Shown: piece after piece, positions 41,453 through 51,499 of the stretch | How positions within the stretch are numbered: position 1 is the first letter of the stretch | How the letters are laid out: the number at the start of each line of letters is the position of its first letter | Source: an uncultured Methanoregulaceae archaeon | GTDB taxonomy: Archaea > Halobacteriota > Methanomicrobia > Methanomicrobiales > Methanospirillaceae | DNA length: 64,000 bases | Assembly (NCBI GenBank): GCA_963701095.1 | Contig: OY969564.1 | Location: forward strand, 640,001-704,000 | Reading direction: 5' to 3' | The notes under the pieces: model-generated | What the model was told of the DNA's origin: nothing | Database searches by the model: none | The model's input: the letters and a program-made list of their open reading frames with translations, nothing else | Made by a program: the position numbers and the translations under genes

Positions 41453-41729
41453 GAAAACTATTATGTGCAGTCGAAGTATTAATCAGTCGCCTCGTTTGTA
41501 GTTCGATCCGTTTTACAGTACTGGTGCGTTAACGGGACTCGAATGAAAATGGCATCGTCGAAATCCATAGAAGTTGATTTTTTAATAGTCCCGCCATCTC
41601 AGAACCTGAATAAATCATCCGCTTTCACGACTAAAGGCGCGACCGTGCAGATAACGCCGTCACGTCCGGGATCCACGTATTGAAATAATCCTGGAGTTTC
41701 TCAGCTATCCCCGTTACAATCTTCGGCGG

Positions 41730-41805
41730 AATAGCCATCCTCCCCTTGATATATTCACTAGCGAAAGGCGCGTCTGCCTCAAAAATATCATGGGATTTAA
41801 CCACG
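41730..41805 (-). repeat. Gene-3'-end repeat, copy 5 (internal part)
   Basis: VVKSHDIFEADAPFASEYIKGRMAI. Confidence 0.85.
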
Positions 41806-41963
41806 ATGCGAAGCAAAGTTGCATTGCATCGTTTTATAATTTGCAGGAAATTAATAAATTCAATTAAGGGGCCCGGGACAAGCTCCAGCTGACTATCTTT
41901 TTGCATTCACTCTTCGAGAAAGCCATTCAGTCTTGATCCTAAGGCAAAAGAATGGTGAGTTAG

Positions 41964-43379
41964 ATGAAATCAATTCGAATAATACTCGTAGTGGCCATAC
42001 TTCTTTTCCTTCTGATTTTTATTCAGGGCGTGATGGCTGCGGAAACGTATGGGTATGTGACACAATGGGGTTCCGTTGACTCGGGCAATGGAACGTTTAA
42101 CAATCCCAATGGAGTAGCAGTCGATACATCCGGCTATGTCTATGTTGCTGATATCGGGAATGACAGGATCGAGAAATTTGATTCCAATGGGATTTATCAA
42201 ACTCAATTTGGCACACCTGGCTCGGGTAATGGGCAATTTGAGGGACCCAGAAGTGTAGCAGTCGATAGTTCTGGCAACGTTTATGTAGGTGATGATACTA
42301 GAATTCAGGAATTTGATTCGAATGGGAATTATTTGATGAATATAACTCTCACCGGATATGGCAGCCAAAACACAGATTTTATTCCATGGGGTTTGGCTGT
42401 CGATACATCAGGGAATATCTACGCTGTCGATGGAAACTCGGTTCTGTTAAAATTTGATTCGAATGGAAACTATATCGCGAACTGGAGTATTAGTCTTCCA
42501 ACCGGAGTTGCCGTTGACACTTCAGGAAATGTGTACGTCTCGCAGATGTGGGGGAACATCCAAAAAAATGGAAACTTCTTAGTACTCTTTGGGGAGAATG
42601 GAGATACTAGTAGGTACCCTATGGGTCTTGCTGTTGATGGAACCGGTAACATTTATGTGACGGAAGGAGTCGATAACCGGATTAATGAATTCGATTCAAA
42701 AGGGAATTTTGTAACCCAATGGGGCACCAGGGGTTCTGGAAAAGGTCAGTTCTTTGAACCCAATGGTATTGCCGTGGATGCATCCGGCAATGTATACGTT
42801 GCGGATTCAGGGAACAACAGGATCCAGAAGTTTGCTCCATCTCAGCCCGGCGCTATTACTGTGACTTCTGAGCCGGCTGGTGCCGAGATTTATCTCGATA
42901 GTGAAAACACAACACAGGTAACACCGTACACGTTCGAAAATCTCAACCCGGCTGACTACGATGTTTATGTCGTCCTTAACGGGTATTCTGTACCAGACGT
43001 TCAGACCGTCGATGTGACAGAAGGTTCAACTGCAACCGCCGATTTCCCGCTCCACACACTGGTGAACGGATCTATCTCAGTGATTGCTGCAATAAATGGT
43101 GCTGAAATCTGGATCAACAATGTTGACACCGGACATGTGGCCCCGTTTACCTTTGAGAACATGCCTTGGGGATCCTATCTGATCGAAATAAAATCTTATG
43201 CGTGCTATCAAATGCCGCTGGATGTAACCATTTCGCCAGCTGATCCTGTCGCAACGGCTGACTTCTCCTCTTGCATGCCTCCTATGTTACCCGAATTTCC
43301 CTCGCCGGTCATACCGGCGATTATGATCATCGGATTCCTTGGAGCCGTATTGTTCATCCAACGAACCAGAGAACACTAA
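41964..43379 (+). CDS. NHL-repeat beta-propeller + PEGA domains + PEF-CTERM surface protein
   Basis: Repeats FNNPNGVAVDTSGYVYVADIGNDRI; VTSEPAGAEIYLD (PEGA); LPEFPSPVIP-TM-QRTREH. Confidence 0.92.
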   Translation: MKSIRIILVVAILLFLLIFIQGVMAAETYGYVTQWGSVDSGNGTFNNPNGVAVDTSGYVYVADIGNDRIEKFDSNGIYQTQFGTPGSGNGQFEGPRSVAVDSSGNVYVGDDTRIQEFDSNGNYLMNITLTGYGSQNTDFIPWGLAVDTSGNIYAVDGNSVLLKFDSNGNYIANWSISLPTGVAVDTSGNVYVSQMWGNIQKNGNFLVLFGENGDTSRYPMGLAVDGTGNIYVTEGVDNRINEFDSKGNFVTQWGTRGSGKGQFFEPNGIAVDASGNVYVADSGNNRIQKFAPSQPGAITVTSEPAGAEIYLDSENTTQVTPYTFENLNPADYDVYVVLNGYSVPDVQTVDVTEGSTATADFPLHTLVNGSISVIAAINGAEIWINNVDTGHVAPFTFENMPWGSYLIEIKSYACYQMPLDVTISPADPVATADFSSCMPPMLPEFPSPVIPAIMIIGFLGAVLFIQRTREH

Positions 43380-43891
43380 TTTTTTCAATCTTTAAAAATC
43401 CGGCTCCGGAATTTGAGAGGTTTTAGTCCCCTTTTTTGATGCCCCTGCTCGCTTCAGGCGATTATGGTTCATCCGTACAACCATTCCAGTGGAAGTATCC
43501 CCGGCGGGCATTCCCGTTTTTATCATCAGTTTCAGAAGGCCGGTTATCCGTCGTTTTACTAAAGTGGCAGCGCAAAGAATCTTCCTGCCGGGTGCGACCT
43601 ACACAACCGCAGGTGTCCTCCAGTCAGGAACTGACATAGTACCAGTTGAATTTACGGCTAACTTTTACTATTCAGGAGTTACAGGCAATTATGATCTCAC
43701 GGTTCGCGAGATTGGGCCGTAATAATTTTCTCTTCAACCGGGACTGGTTTTTTGACCAAAAGGAGAGTTTCATTATGCACGGCTATTGCTTCTTCAGACG
43801 ACATTCTTTTTCGTTATGTGCCGATACCGCATCAGCATTGCAGAGAGATACTTTTATATACAATCATCGTAACTTCTGGTCAGTGAGATTT

Positions 43892-44533
43892 ATGAAAAAC
43901 CATATCCTTGTTGTTCCGGTTCTGTTTCTGGTTCTTATGTGTGTAATTATGATTTCCGGATGTACGTCAAACACCGGTAATAGTGCAGTTACGACGGTAC
44001 CTACAACGCTGCCTGTGGCTACCGCTGCAGGACCACAGTACCTGACCTATACCAATCCAACATATCAACTGACGATGTCGTATCCTTCTGACTGGCGGGA
44101 ACAGGATGTTGCTCCAGCGACCTGTTTGGCAGCACGTCCCTATGGCAAAACTACCTGTAATATTGTTAATTTCTTTTCCCCGACGGTTAATGGAAAATAT
44201 ACTACCTTCAGTATTGACGTAGATAATCCGACAACATCGACTCTTGGAACGTATTTTAACAATGTTACCGGTGCAATAGAGAACTATTACCCGGGCGTGC
44301 AGGTCGTTCAAACCTCTCTCCAGGAGGAAATTTCCGGCAATCCTTCATATGAGCTTGTCTATACTACAGGTCAGGAGGGGAAAACAAATCCAGTACCGGC
44401 GATTGTGGAAGTCACTTTTGGAAATACTAACGTCCCGTATATTATTTCCTATTCTGCATTAGATGATCAGACATTCGATTATATGGTCAAATCTATCCAG
44501 ATAGCGACGGTACCCCCCACACAAGGCCGGTGA
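43892..44533 (+). CDS. Lipoprotein with PsbP-like domain
   Basis: Lipobox-like ISGC; YLTYTNPTYQLTMSYPSDW...FDYMVKSIQI. Confidence 0.75.
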   Translation: MKNHILVVPVLFLVLMCVIMISGCTSNTGNSAVTTVPTTLPVATAAGPQYLTYTNPTYQLTMSYPSDWREQDVAPATCLAARPYGKTTCNIVNFFSPTVNGKYTTFSIDVDNPTTSTLGTYFNNVTGAIENYYPGVQVVQTSLQEEISGNPSYELVYTTGQEGKTNPVPAIVEVTFGNTNVPYIISYSALDDQTFDYMVKSIQIATVPPTQGR

Positions 44534-44733
44534 ACTTTTTTTTATTTTTTTGCAGGACTACAAGAAACGTGACCTGCACCGGGAAACCTATTATTCCGGA
44601 TTGAATATTCTCTCATCATAAAGACCAGCACGATTGCCGTTGAGGATACTCCCGAGAACCGACAGATCTGTATGAAGTACTGCGATGCATGCTCGAGCTA
44701 CCAGGAGAACAATCCTGGACAAAACCGCCATCC

Positions 44734-44898
44734 TCATCTTTTCCCGCTTGGCCTTCCCAGGCGCCCTCTCTTCATCCATTAATACAGTCTCCCCTCCTGG
44801 AACCGCGACCGCCATTTTTCCCCGGATATACTCACTCGCGTAAGGCTCGTCGCCTCGAAAATATCGTGGGATTTAGCACAAATAACATCAGCGAGGAC
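44734..44898 (-). repeat. Gene-3'-end repeat, copy 6 (full length)
   Basis: VLAD...KSHDIFE..EPYASEYIRGKMAVAVPGGETVLMDE...GRPSGKR*. Confidence 0.9.
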
Positions 44899-44971
44899 GA
44901 TCCTTCTTAATAGTCCAGGTAATCGAAATTCACAAAAATAAGAATAAAAATTATATCGTAACCAAGTATCT

Positions 44972-45238
44972 TCAATACTCGAAATTCTTCTTTTTTCCGA
45001 TAGTGATTATTTCAATGAGCAGCATATCATGATGGATAAAAAACGTCACCCGGTAATCTCCAACGCGAAGGCGGTACCGGGGCATTATCCTCGGACTGTC
45101 CCGGACTTTTACAACGTCATGACGCAGATCCGGGTTTTCAGCAAATCGCTCTAAGGCAAGTTCGATGTGGATACGAAAATCCCGGGGAATTGACCTCAGG
45201 TCTTTTTCTGCCCGCCGTGAAAGTTTTATCTGGTACAC
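44972..45238 (-). CDS. relE: RelE/ParE-family toxin
   Basis: YQIKLSRRAEKDLRSI...YRLRVGDYRVTF...IITIGKKKNFEY. Confidence 0.9.
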   Translation of the reverse strand: MYQIKLSRRAEKDLRSIPRDFRIHIELALERFAENPDLRHDVVKVRDSPRIMPRYRLRVGDYRVTFFIHHDMLLIEIITIGKKKNFEY

Positions 45239-45242
45239 GCCA

Positions 45243-45503
45243 TCACAGGTTCCGGGCTTTGATTACTTCGTCGTCACCCAGATCCTTCATGACATCCCGA
45301 AGCGAGCGTACCCTTCCCGCCTTAATGTCGGCTATTCCTTCCTCCATTGCATCAATCTCATCTTTGGTAAGGGGCTCATCATCATACGCTAATTTAGCCA
45401 GGCGGCGAACAACATCATCATAGGTCTCCCGGGGGTTGATCTTCAGATCGTCCAGAAGCGCCTTCGTATCTGTCCGCATTCGTACGGTTGTAACTTCTGA
45501 CAT
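45243..45503 (-). CDS. Cognate antitoxin (RHH-like archaeal family)
   Basis: TTVRMRTDTKALLDDLKINPRETYDDVVRRL...IADIKAGRVRSL, directly upstream of relE. Confidence 0.85.
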   Translation of the reverse strand: MSEVTTVRMRTDTKALLDDLKINPRETYDDVVRRLAKLAYDDEPLTKDEIDAMEEGIADIKAGRVRSLRDVMKDLGDDEVIKARNL

Positions 45504-45518
45504 ATACATGAGTATATG
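45501..45518. promoter_or_regulatory. Candidate autoregulatory operator of the antitoxin-relE operon
   Basis: Inverted repeat CATATAC-atga-GTATATG overlapping the antitoxin start codon. Confidence 0.5.
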
Positions 45519-45581
45519 CATATATACTGTAATAAATGGATCACTTTGGGGTAAAAAAATTTCTCTGTTTTATCGTTATCC

Positions 45582-45747
45582 TTATTGTTTCCCGCTTGGT
45601 CTTCCCGGTCGCACCCTCTTGTCATCCGGTAACACATTCTCCCCTCCCGGAACCACAATAGCATCTTCCCTTGATATACTCGCTGGCATACGGCTTGCCA
45701 GCCTCAAAAATGTCATGGGATTTATCCACGCTTCCATCCGCGAGGAC
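45582..45747 (-). repeat. Gene-3'-end repeat, copy 7 (full length)
   Basis: VLADGSVDKSHDIFEAGKPYASEYIKGR.../VVPGGENVLPDDKRVRPGRPSGKQ*. Confidence 0.9.
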
Positions 45748-45839
45748 ACGCGTATTCTTAAAGTCCTGAGAAATTAACAAAACCTTTGCACCGAAAAAAT
45801 CATAATCTAATAATCTTATATTCTAAGTTGTGAGTGCAT

Positions 45840-46055
45840 ATGTCTGATACGACACTTGTCAAGGTCTCGTCAAAAGGGCTTGTCACCCTCCCGAAAAAGA
45901 TCCGGTCAAAACTCGGCATAAATGACGGGGATTATCTGGCAATATCATCGAATAAAGACCAGATTATCTTCCGGAAAGCGAAGATCGAAATCGATTATGA
46001 AAACCCGGATGATGCATGGAAAGAGTACTCAAAGAAAAAGTTAGCACATGACTGA
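45840..46055 (+). CDS. AbrB/MazE-family antitoxin, copy 2
   Basis: Differs from copy 1 by two residues. Confidence 0.9.
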   Translation: MSDTTLVKVSSKGLVTLPKKIRSKLGINDGDYLAISSNKDQIIFRKAKIEIDYENPDDAWKEYSKKKLAHD

Positions 46056-46398
46056 TCCGGCACAGGGATCCATCGTCCTTGTGGATTTTTCCTATTCCGA
46101 CCAGATCCAGTCCAAAATGCGTCCCGCACTTGTAGTGAGTAATACCCGGTATAACAGGATCTCCCGTGATTTTATCGTCATTAAAATCACCTCCAGAAAA
46201 CCAAAACTGATGGAGGTCAGTCTGAAAAACGATGACCTTCTCGCCGGATCGCTTGACCATCCCAGCTATATTCAGGCTGATGGGATCTACGCTCTGGAAA
46301 AAGAGTTAATTTGCAAATCCATTGGTGATGTTCGACCAGAGAAGATGCAGGAGATCAGGAACCGGGTTTTGGATCTCTTCTCTCCAGATGAGGAGTAA
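46048..46398 (+). CDS. mazF: PemK/MazF-family toxin, copy 2 (intact)
   Basis: QGSIVLVDFSYSDQIQSKMRPALVVSN...IVIKITS...PSYIQADGIYAL. Confidence 0.92.
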   Translation: MTDPAQGSIVLVDFSYSDQIQSKMRPALVVSNTRYNRISRDFIVIKITSRKPKLMEVSLKNDDLLAGSLDHPSYIQADGIYALEKELICKSIGDVRPEKMQEIRNRVLDLFSPDEE

Positions 46399-46430
46399 TT
46401 TTCCCGGAATCCAATATTTTACTGTTAATC

Positions 46431-46452
46431 TCATTTTTTCCCGCTTGCCTTC
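46431..46452 (-). repeat. Gene-3'-end repeat, copy 8 (terminal remnant)
   Basis: tcattttttcccgcttgccttc = SGKK*. Confidence 0.65.
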
Positions 46453-46856
46453 AATTTATGAACGGTATATTGCCTCGATCCCGTAACGGTCCTGCCTGGA
46501 ATGCAGATTATGTTACAGGATTGAACGTTTATTTTTTTGCGGCTGGAATATCCCCCTTCAAAAATTTTTGCAAGTCGTTTAACAATTTCTTTTGTTCTTT
46601 CGATCCGTTTTGGGTTTTCTTCAAGAGTTTTGATATCCGTGCAATAGCCGCCTCCTTACTGTCGCGTTCATCTTTCTGCATGTGTATCACCCGATCCTGT
46701 TAGTCAAGGTGGGCTGTTTATCGCATACCCTCTTAATGGCTGGTATTTTCCCGTGTTGGAATGATGACACCATACAAGAAGCAATTTCATCATCAACCGT
46801 TTCCGGACCCAAAACTCCATCAGGTTAATGAACTTCCGGAACATTCCGTAAATTAC

Positions 46857-47984
46857 ATGCAGATCCAGAGATTCGTTGTCCAGACAACTGACGAACTCGA
46901 TGAGAAGATCAGGAAATACCAGAAGGATTTTCGGCCCACTCTCGCATTTCTCTTCACCACACCTTTTCTCGGAATTGAGGACTGCGTCGGGGTATTCGGG
47001 AGCACCGGTGTTGAAGTTTTTGGTTGTACAACTGCCGGAGAGATCATGACGGACACAGGAAGTTCTCCGGTCCACGAACTTTCAGCAGTATGTTGCCTCC
47101 TTGATCCCCCCCCTTCTGCCATCTCAGTACGCCTTTTCGAACGTGGGGAGGGGGGTTCTGCCGCACTCGGGCACCAGATCGGCATCTGGGGTTCCTCGCT
47201 CTTTTCACGCCCCGCGTTCCTTATAGCAATCTCCGGTCTTACCAATGATGGCGAGGCGATCATCCGGGGCATACAGGAAGCCATTCCGGAAGGGACCACC
47301 ATTGTTGGAGGCATCGCCGGCGATGATAATGCGTTTGAGGAGACAACGGCATTTTCCAAAAACGGCCTGTCCCATGACGGCGCAGTGGTTCTTGCCCTTG
47401 ATACCGATCAGATTGAACTCTCCAGTTTTACCACAAGCGGCTGGCAGGGTGTGGGAACCGAGATGGTCGTGACGTCATCGGAAGGAAATGTGGTGAAGTC
47501 CATAGACGGGAGGCTGCCAATCGATCTGGTTACGGAGTACCTCAATATCCCCAAAGAGGAAATCATTGCCACTGCACTCAGTTTTCCCATGCTGGTCACG
47601 CGGCCCGACGGAACCAAAACCCTCCGGACCGCACTCTCCGCGGATTTCGAAACCGGATATCTCACGTATGCAGGAACTATACCGGAAGGTTCGATCCTCA
47701 GGTTCTCCAGCTCGTTCGGATTTGAAACGATAGCGGCTACCACGCGTGAACTGAAAGAATACCATCAGAAGAAACCAGATGCTGATCTCATAATCATTTT
47801 TGACTGTTGTGCCCGCCATCAGGCTGCAGGCAAAAAGGTGAACGAAGAGATCCAGGCTATAGCAGACAACTGGAATGTCCCGGTTGTAGGATTCTTCACT
47901 TACGGGGAGATCGGGCATACGGAAGCCGGGTCATGTGACGTGTTCAACGAAACCCTCTCGTTAGCGCTCCTGAAATTCCGGTGA
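46857..47984 (+). CDS. FIST (FIST_N/FIST_C, NosP-like) sensory protein
   Basis: FGCTTAGEI, IVGGIAGDD, GWQGVG, FDCCAR, GFFTYGEIG. Confidence 0.9.
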   Translation: MQIQRFVVQTTDELDEKIRKYQKDFRPTLAFLFTTPFLGIEDCVGVFGSTGVEVFGCTTAGEIMTDTGSSPVHELSAVCCLLDPPPSAISVRLFERGEGGSAALGHQIGIWGSSLFSRPAFLIAISGLTNDGEAIIRGIQEAIPEGTTIVGGIAGDDNAFEETTAFSKNGLSHDGAVVLALDTDQIELSSFTTSGWQGVGTEMVVTSSEGNVVKSIDGRLPIDLVTEYLNIPKEEIIATALSFPMLVTRPDGTKTLRTALSADFETGYLTYAGTIPEGSILRFSSSFGFETIAATTRELKEYHQKKPDADLIIIFDCCARHQAAGKKVNEEIQAIADNWNVPVVGFFTYGEIGHTEAGSCDVFNETLSLALLKFR

Positions 47985-47990
47985 ACCCTG

Positions 47991-50338
47991 ATGAGTGAAA
48001 TCAATGAGCTCAGGGATCTGCTCAAATCGTCCCTCAACCAGATTGAGAAACACGACGCAGACAGGGTAGAACGACTCCTCCGGCGCCTCGAAACCAGGAC
48101 CGAGATGCTTGAGAAGAAATACAACCGTGCCACCCAGGACCGGCAGGCCGGCCATTCGCTCCTGAAAAAGACATCGGATGACCTTATCCAGCGATACCTG
48201 GCCATCTTCGAACATTCCGGTAATCCTATGGTAGTCATTGAGAACGATGGCACCATTGTTCTTGTAAACAATCTTTTCTGCACATTAACGGGCCAGAATG
48301 CTGAGGATATCCAGAACAGGAGCAATATTACCGATTACCTTACCGGAGAAATGGGAGGGCTTATGCCCGCTGACACGACCCAGACAGGCCAGGCTCCCGT
48401 TACCACGGAAACCACCACCGGCAGAATGCATCTTCCTGATGGAAGGATAGTCGATGTAATAATCAGCATGGGATCGTTCTCCGGCAGCTCGCAGCGGAGC
48501 GTCACCTTTCTCGATATAACTGAACGCAACCGGCTGGAACGGGAACTGATGGAGACAACCGAGCTCCTCACCGGTATCCTCAAAGCTTCGCCTGTCGGGT
48601 TCCATAAAACTGACACCGAGGGAAAGATCGTCTATATTAACGATACGTGGACGCGTATTACCGGGTTCTCCCGCGAGGAAATGCTGGGTAAATTCTACGC
48701 AATTATAGTTCACCCGGAGGATCGCGAGAACGTCATTCAGGGAGTACGGGAGAGTGCAGAAAGGAAAGAGAGTATGGTAATCGATACACGCATCGTCCGG
48801 CAGGATGGCGTGATACGCTGGATCTCGGCCCAGGCAGTACCTGTTGTGGATCCGGGCAACAACATAACCGGGTGGGTAGGTGCGATACGGGACATCACAC
48901 AAAGGCGTGAAGCAGAAGAGGCACTCCATAAAAGCGAGCTCAGGTTCCGGGAGCTTACTGATCTTCTCCCTCAAACTATCTTTGAACTGGATTTGCGAGG
49001 GAGTATCACCTATGTTAACCGTGCCGGTCTTGAAATATTCGGTATTAACGAGGAGAAAATCCAGAACGGCGTAAACGTCCGCGAATATATCAGCCCCGGA
49101 GATCTCGAACGTATGAATACGGGACTGGCAAGAGTGGGTGCTGGTGCAAAATCCCAGGGAGAGGTCGTTCATCTCACGAGGCTTGACGGAACACTGATGA
49201 ACGCTATTGTTTATACCGGTCCCATCATTCGGAACGATGCGGTGATCGGGTTCCGCGGTATTGTGATCGATGTCACTGAACGGTTGAAACTCGAAGATGC
49301 ACTCAAAGAGAGCGAGGAAAAATACCGGGCTCTTACGGAAAATACCCCGGATATACTCTTTTCTACGGATATGAACGGGATTATTACCTATGCCTCACCA
49401 CAAATCGCAAAATATGGATTTCTTGAAGATGATGTAATGGGAAAACCATTTCATATTTTCGTCCACCCCTCAGATGTTCATGACGTGGAAAGTAATCTTT
49501 CCCGGGAATTGAAAGAGAATGCGCAATTTGTTTCCCGGTTCAGGATCCTGGACAAATGGGGTATTACGAACTGGTTTGAGGAGAAAAGTTCCCTGCGGCT
49601 TGACATATCAGGAAAACCGATCGGGATCTATGGCATCCTTCGGGATATCACAGAACGAAAAAAGGTTGAAGATGCAATCGAAATTGCCAATAAAAAACTA
49701 AACCTGATGAACCAGATCACCCGTCACGATATTATCAACACCATTACCGGGGTATCGGATGCTTAGACATGGCAAAATCTACAACTGAACCTGAAATGAA
49801 GGAGCAGCTTCTTGATGATATCAGGGAACTTACCCGGGTTATCCAGCGCCATATTACGTTTACCCGGGAGTACCAGGAAGTCGGTGTCCATCTGCCGCAA
49901 TGGCAGAATGTCAATGATCTTATCGATAAAACAATTAAGAATTTCACAAAATCGGGTATCATATTTCAATCAGATTTCGAAAATATTGAGGTCTACGCGG
50001 ATCCTTTACTGGAAAAAGTGTTTTACAATCTGGTAGATAATGCCATAAGGTACGGGAAAAAACTTACAACTATTGCGATATATCCAAAGATTTCCGATAC
50101 GGATTTCTCGCTCATTTTTGAGGACAATGGTGTTGGTGTCGAACCTGACATGAAACGCGAGATCTTCAAACGCGGAGTTGGAAAGAATACCGGGATGGGA
50201 TTGTTCCTGACCGCTGAGATCCTGGCAATTACCGGAATATCAATAGAAGAAGCCGGAACGTATGGGAAGGGTGCCTGTTTCGAGATCCGAATCCCGGCAG
50301 GATACTGGCGTTTTGTGACGGAAGAACACGCACGGTAA
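47991..50338 (+). CDS. Multi-PAS sensor histidine kinase; frameshift at about 49750
   Basis: Four PAS/PAC domains, ITRHDIIN H-box, then in the next frame NLVDNAIRYG, DNGVG, GMGLFL. Confidence 0.9.
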
Positions 50339-50452
50339 CTATTTCAGCGAACCGGTACGTTGTATAGACATTTCGTTACCTTCTGCAACTGTTCTGTGGT
50401 TAGTTGTGCCCTGATTGTAAAATAATGCTGCAGGATTGATTCAAAAAAAAAG

Positions 50453-51472
50453 TTAATGTTGTCTGGTTTGCCGGAGGTAAAACATGACTCCAAGGAATCC
50501 GATAATCATAACAGTTGGTAAGACCGGTGAGGGGAATTCAGGAATCTCTGATACCCACATAATTGTTGAAAAACCTGACGAGATCGTAGATCCTGCTGGA
50601 TCAATATAACTGGCAACCACTGAATCAGTGCCAACTGCATTATTGGTATAGGTGAACGTTGCCTGGCCGGAGGCATCAGATCGTGAAGTGCCATCCTTGC
50701 CGGCATCAGGCCCCGAAATGATTCTGAACGTAACAAGTGTACCAACTACCGGCTTCTCTGAATCATCCAATACCAACGCAGTCAACTTATTAGATTCATA
50801 AACCCGGGCTATTTCTTCAGGAGGCGTTAAAACAAGTATGGGGCCTCCAGGTCCTACAGTGACTGTGCTGGTTACGGGAGCCGTCTCAAAGACAACCTGC
50901 CCGCAGGGAGGCGGAGGAGAGAAGTACCGGAAAGTCCCGGAACTTGTAATAAGGGTCCCCGGGGGTGTTTCCGGAGAAATTATGCCAGAAATCTGGAGAG
51001 GATTTTCATTACCATTCGGTACCCATCCGCTATCAAACCACCATCCGGTACCAAACATCCCCGTGGGTTTACAAATTACTGAATTGCCGGTGATCCTGCA
51101 CACTACATTGAAAAGGGGAGTATTATCGGTGACATATTGGATATTTGAATCGAGGGTAAATGTTGCGCAGGAGATTGCGATAGATCCCGGATAATGGGGC
51201 GGATAATGTTGTGGTGGAAAAATCCCCCCAAATTGGTACGTAATTCTATCTCCAGGAGCATAGACTGTTTTATCGGGAGTCATATTGAACGAGAAAGATC
51301 CCAAGGGACTCAAAGGGCTGAACTGTACATATCCTCCGCAATTCGCACCAAACGCCAGGACAGATCCGGTACAAAGTACCAGAACAATGAGTGCTATGAC
51401 TCCGATTTTAACGAGAAATATGTTTCTACCCATCATATTAATCACGTTTTTTATCTTGGTTTCCTTACACAC
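50453..51472 (-). CDS. Surface protein with Ig-like (Big_1-type) domain + PEF-CTERM
   Basis: Signal peptide; VTFRIISGPDAG...SDASGQATFTYT; IPEFPSPVLP-TM-RQTRQH. Confidence 0.82.
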   Translation of the reverse strand: MCKETKIKNVINMMGRNIFLVKIGVIALIVLVLCTGSVLAFGANCGGYVQFSPLSPLGSFSFNMTPDKTVYAPGDRITYQFGGIFPPQHYPPHYPGSIAISCATFTLDSNIQYVTDNTPLFNVVCRITGNSVICKPTGMFGTGWWFDSGWVPNGNENPLQISGIISPETPPGTLITSSGTFRYFSPPPPCGQVVFETAPVTSTVTVGPGGPILVLTPPEEIARVYESNKLTALVLDDSEKPVVGTLVTFRIISGPDAGKDGTSRSDASGQATFTYTNNAVGTDSVVASYIDPAGSTISSGFSTIMWVSEIPEFPSPVLPTVMIIGFLGVMFYLRQTRQH

Positions 51473-51499
51473 CGACCTGAAAGAAATTAATCTAAAAGT

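Noticed and set aside
43436..43891. ORFs 43436-43639 and 43489-43722, and the long 5' extension of 43646-44533
   Set aside because: No recognisable motifs; possibly a gene remnant. The lipoprotein start at 43892 is better supported.
38043..46407. Diversity-generating retroelement TR/VR pair
   Set aside because: Differences between the duplicated segments are not adenine-specific, and there is no reverse transcriptase in the window.
37876..46452. Classical integron attC sites
   Set aside because: ATTTAAC in the repeats fits RYYYAAC, but I found no matching GTTRRRY at a consistent distance and no extended palindrome. The variation is codon-like, and no IntI gene is present.
29369..46452. CRISPR array or MITE family
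   Set aside because: The repeats are long, degenerate, separated by gene-sized intervals, and lack terminal inverted repeats or target duplications. No cas genes are present.
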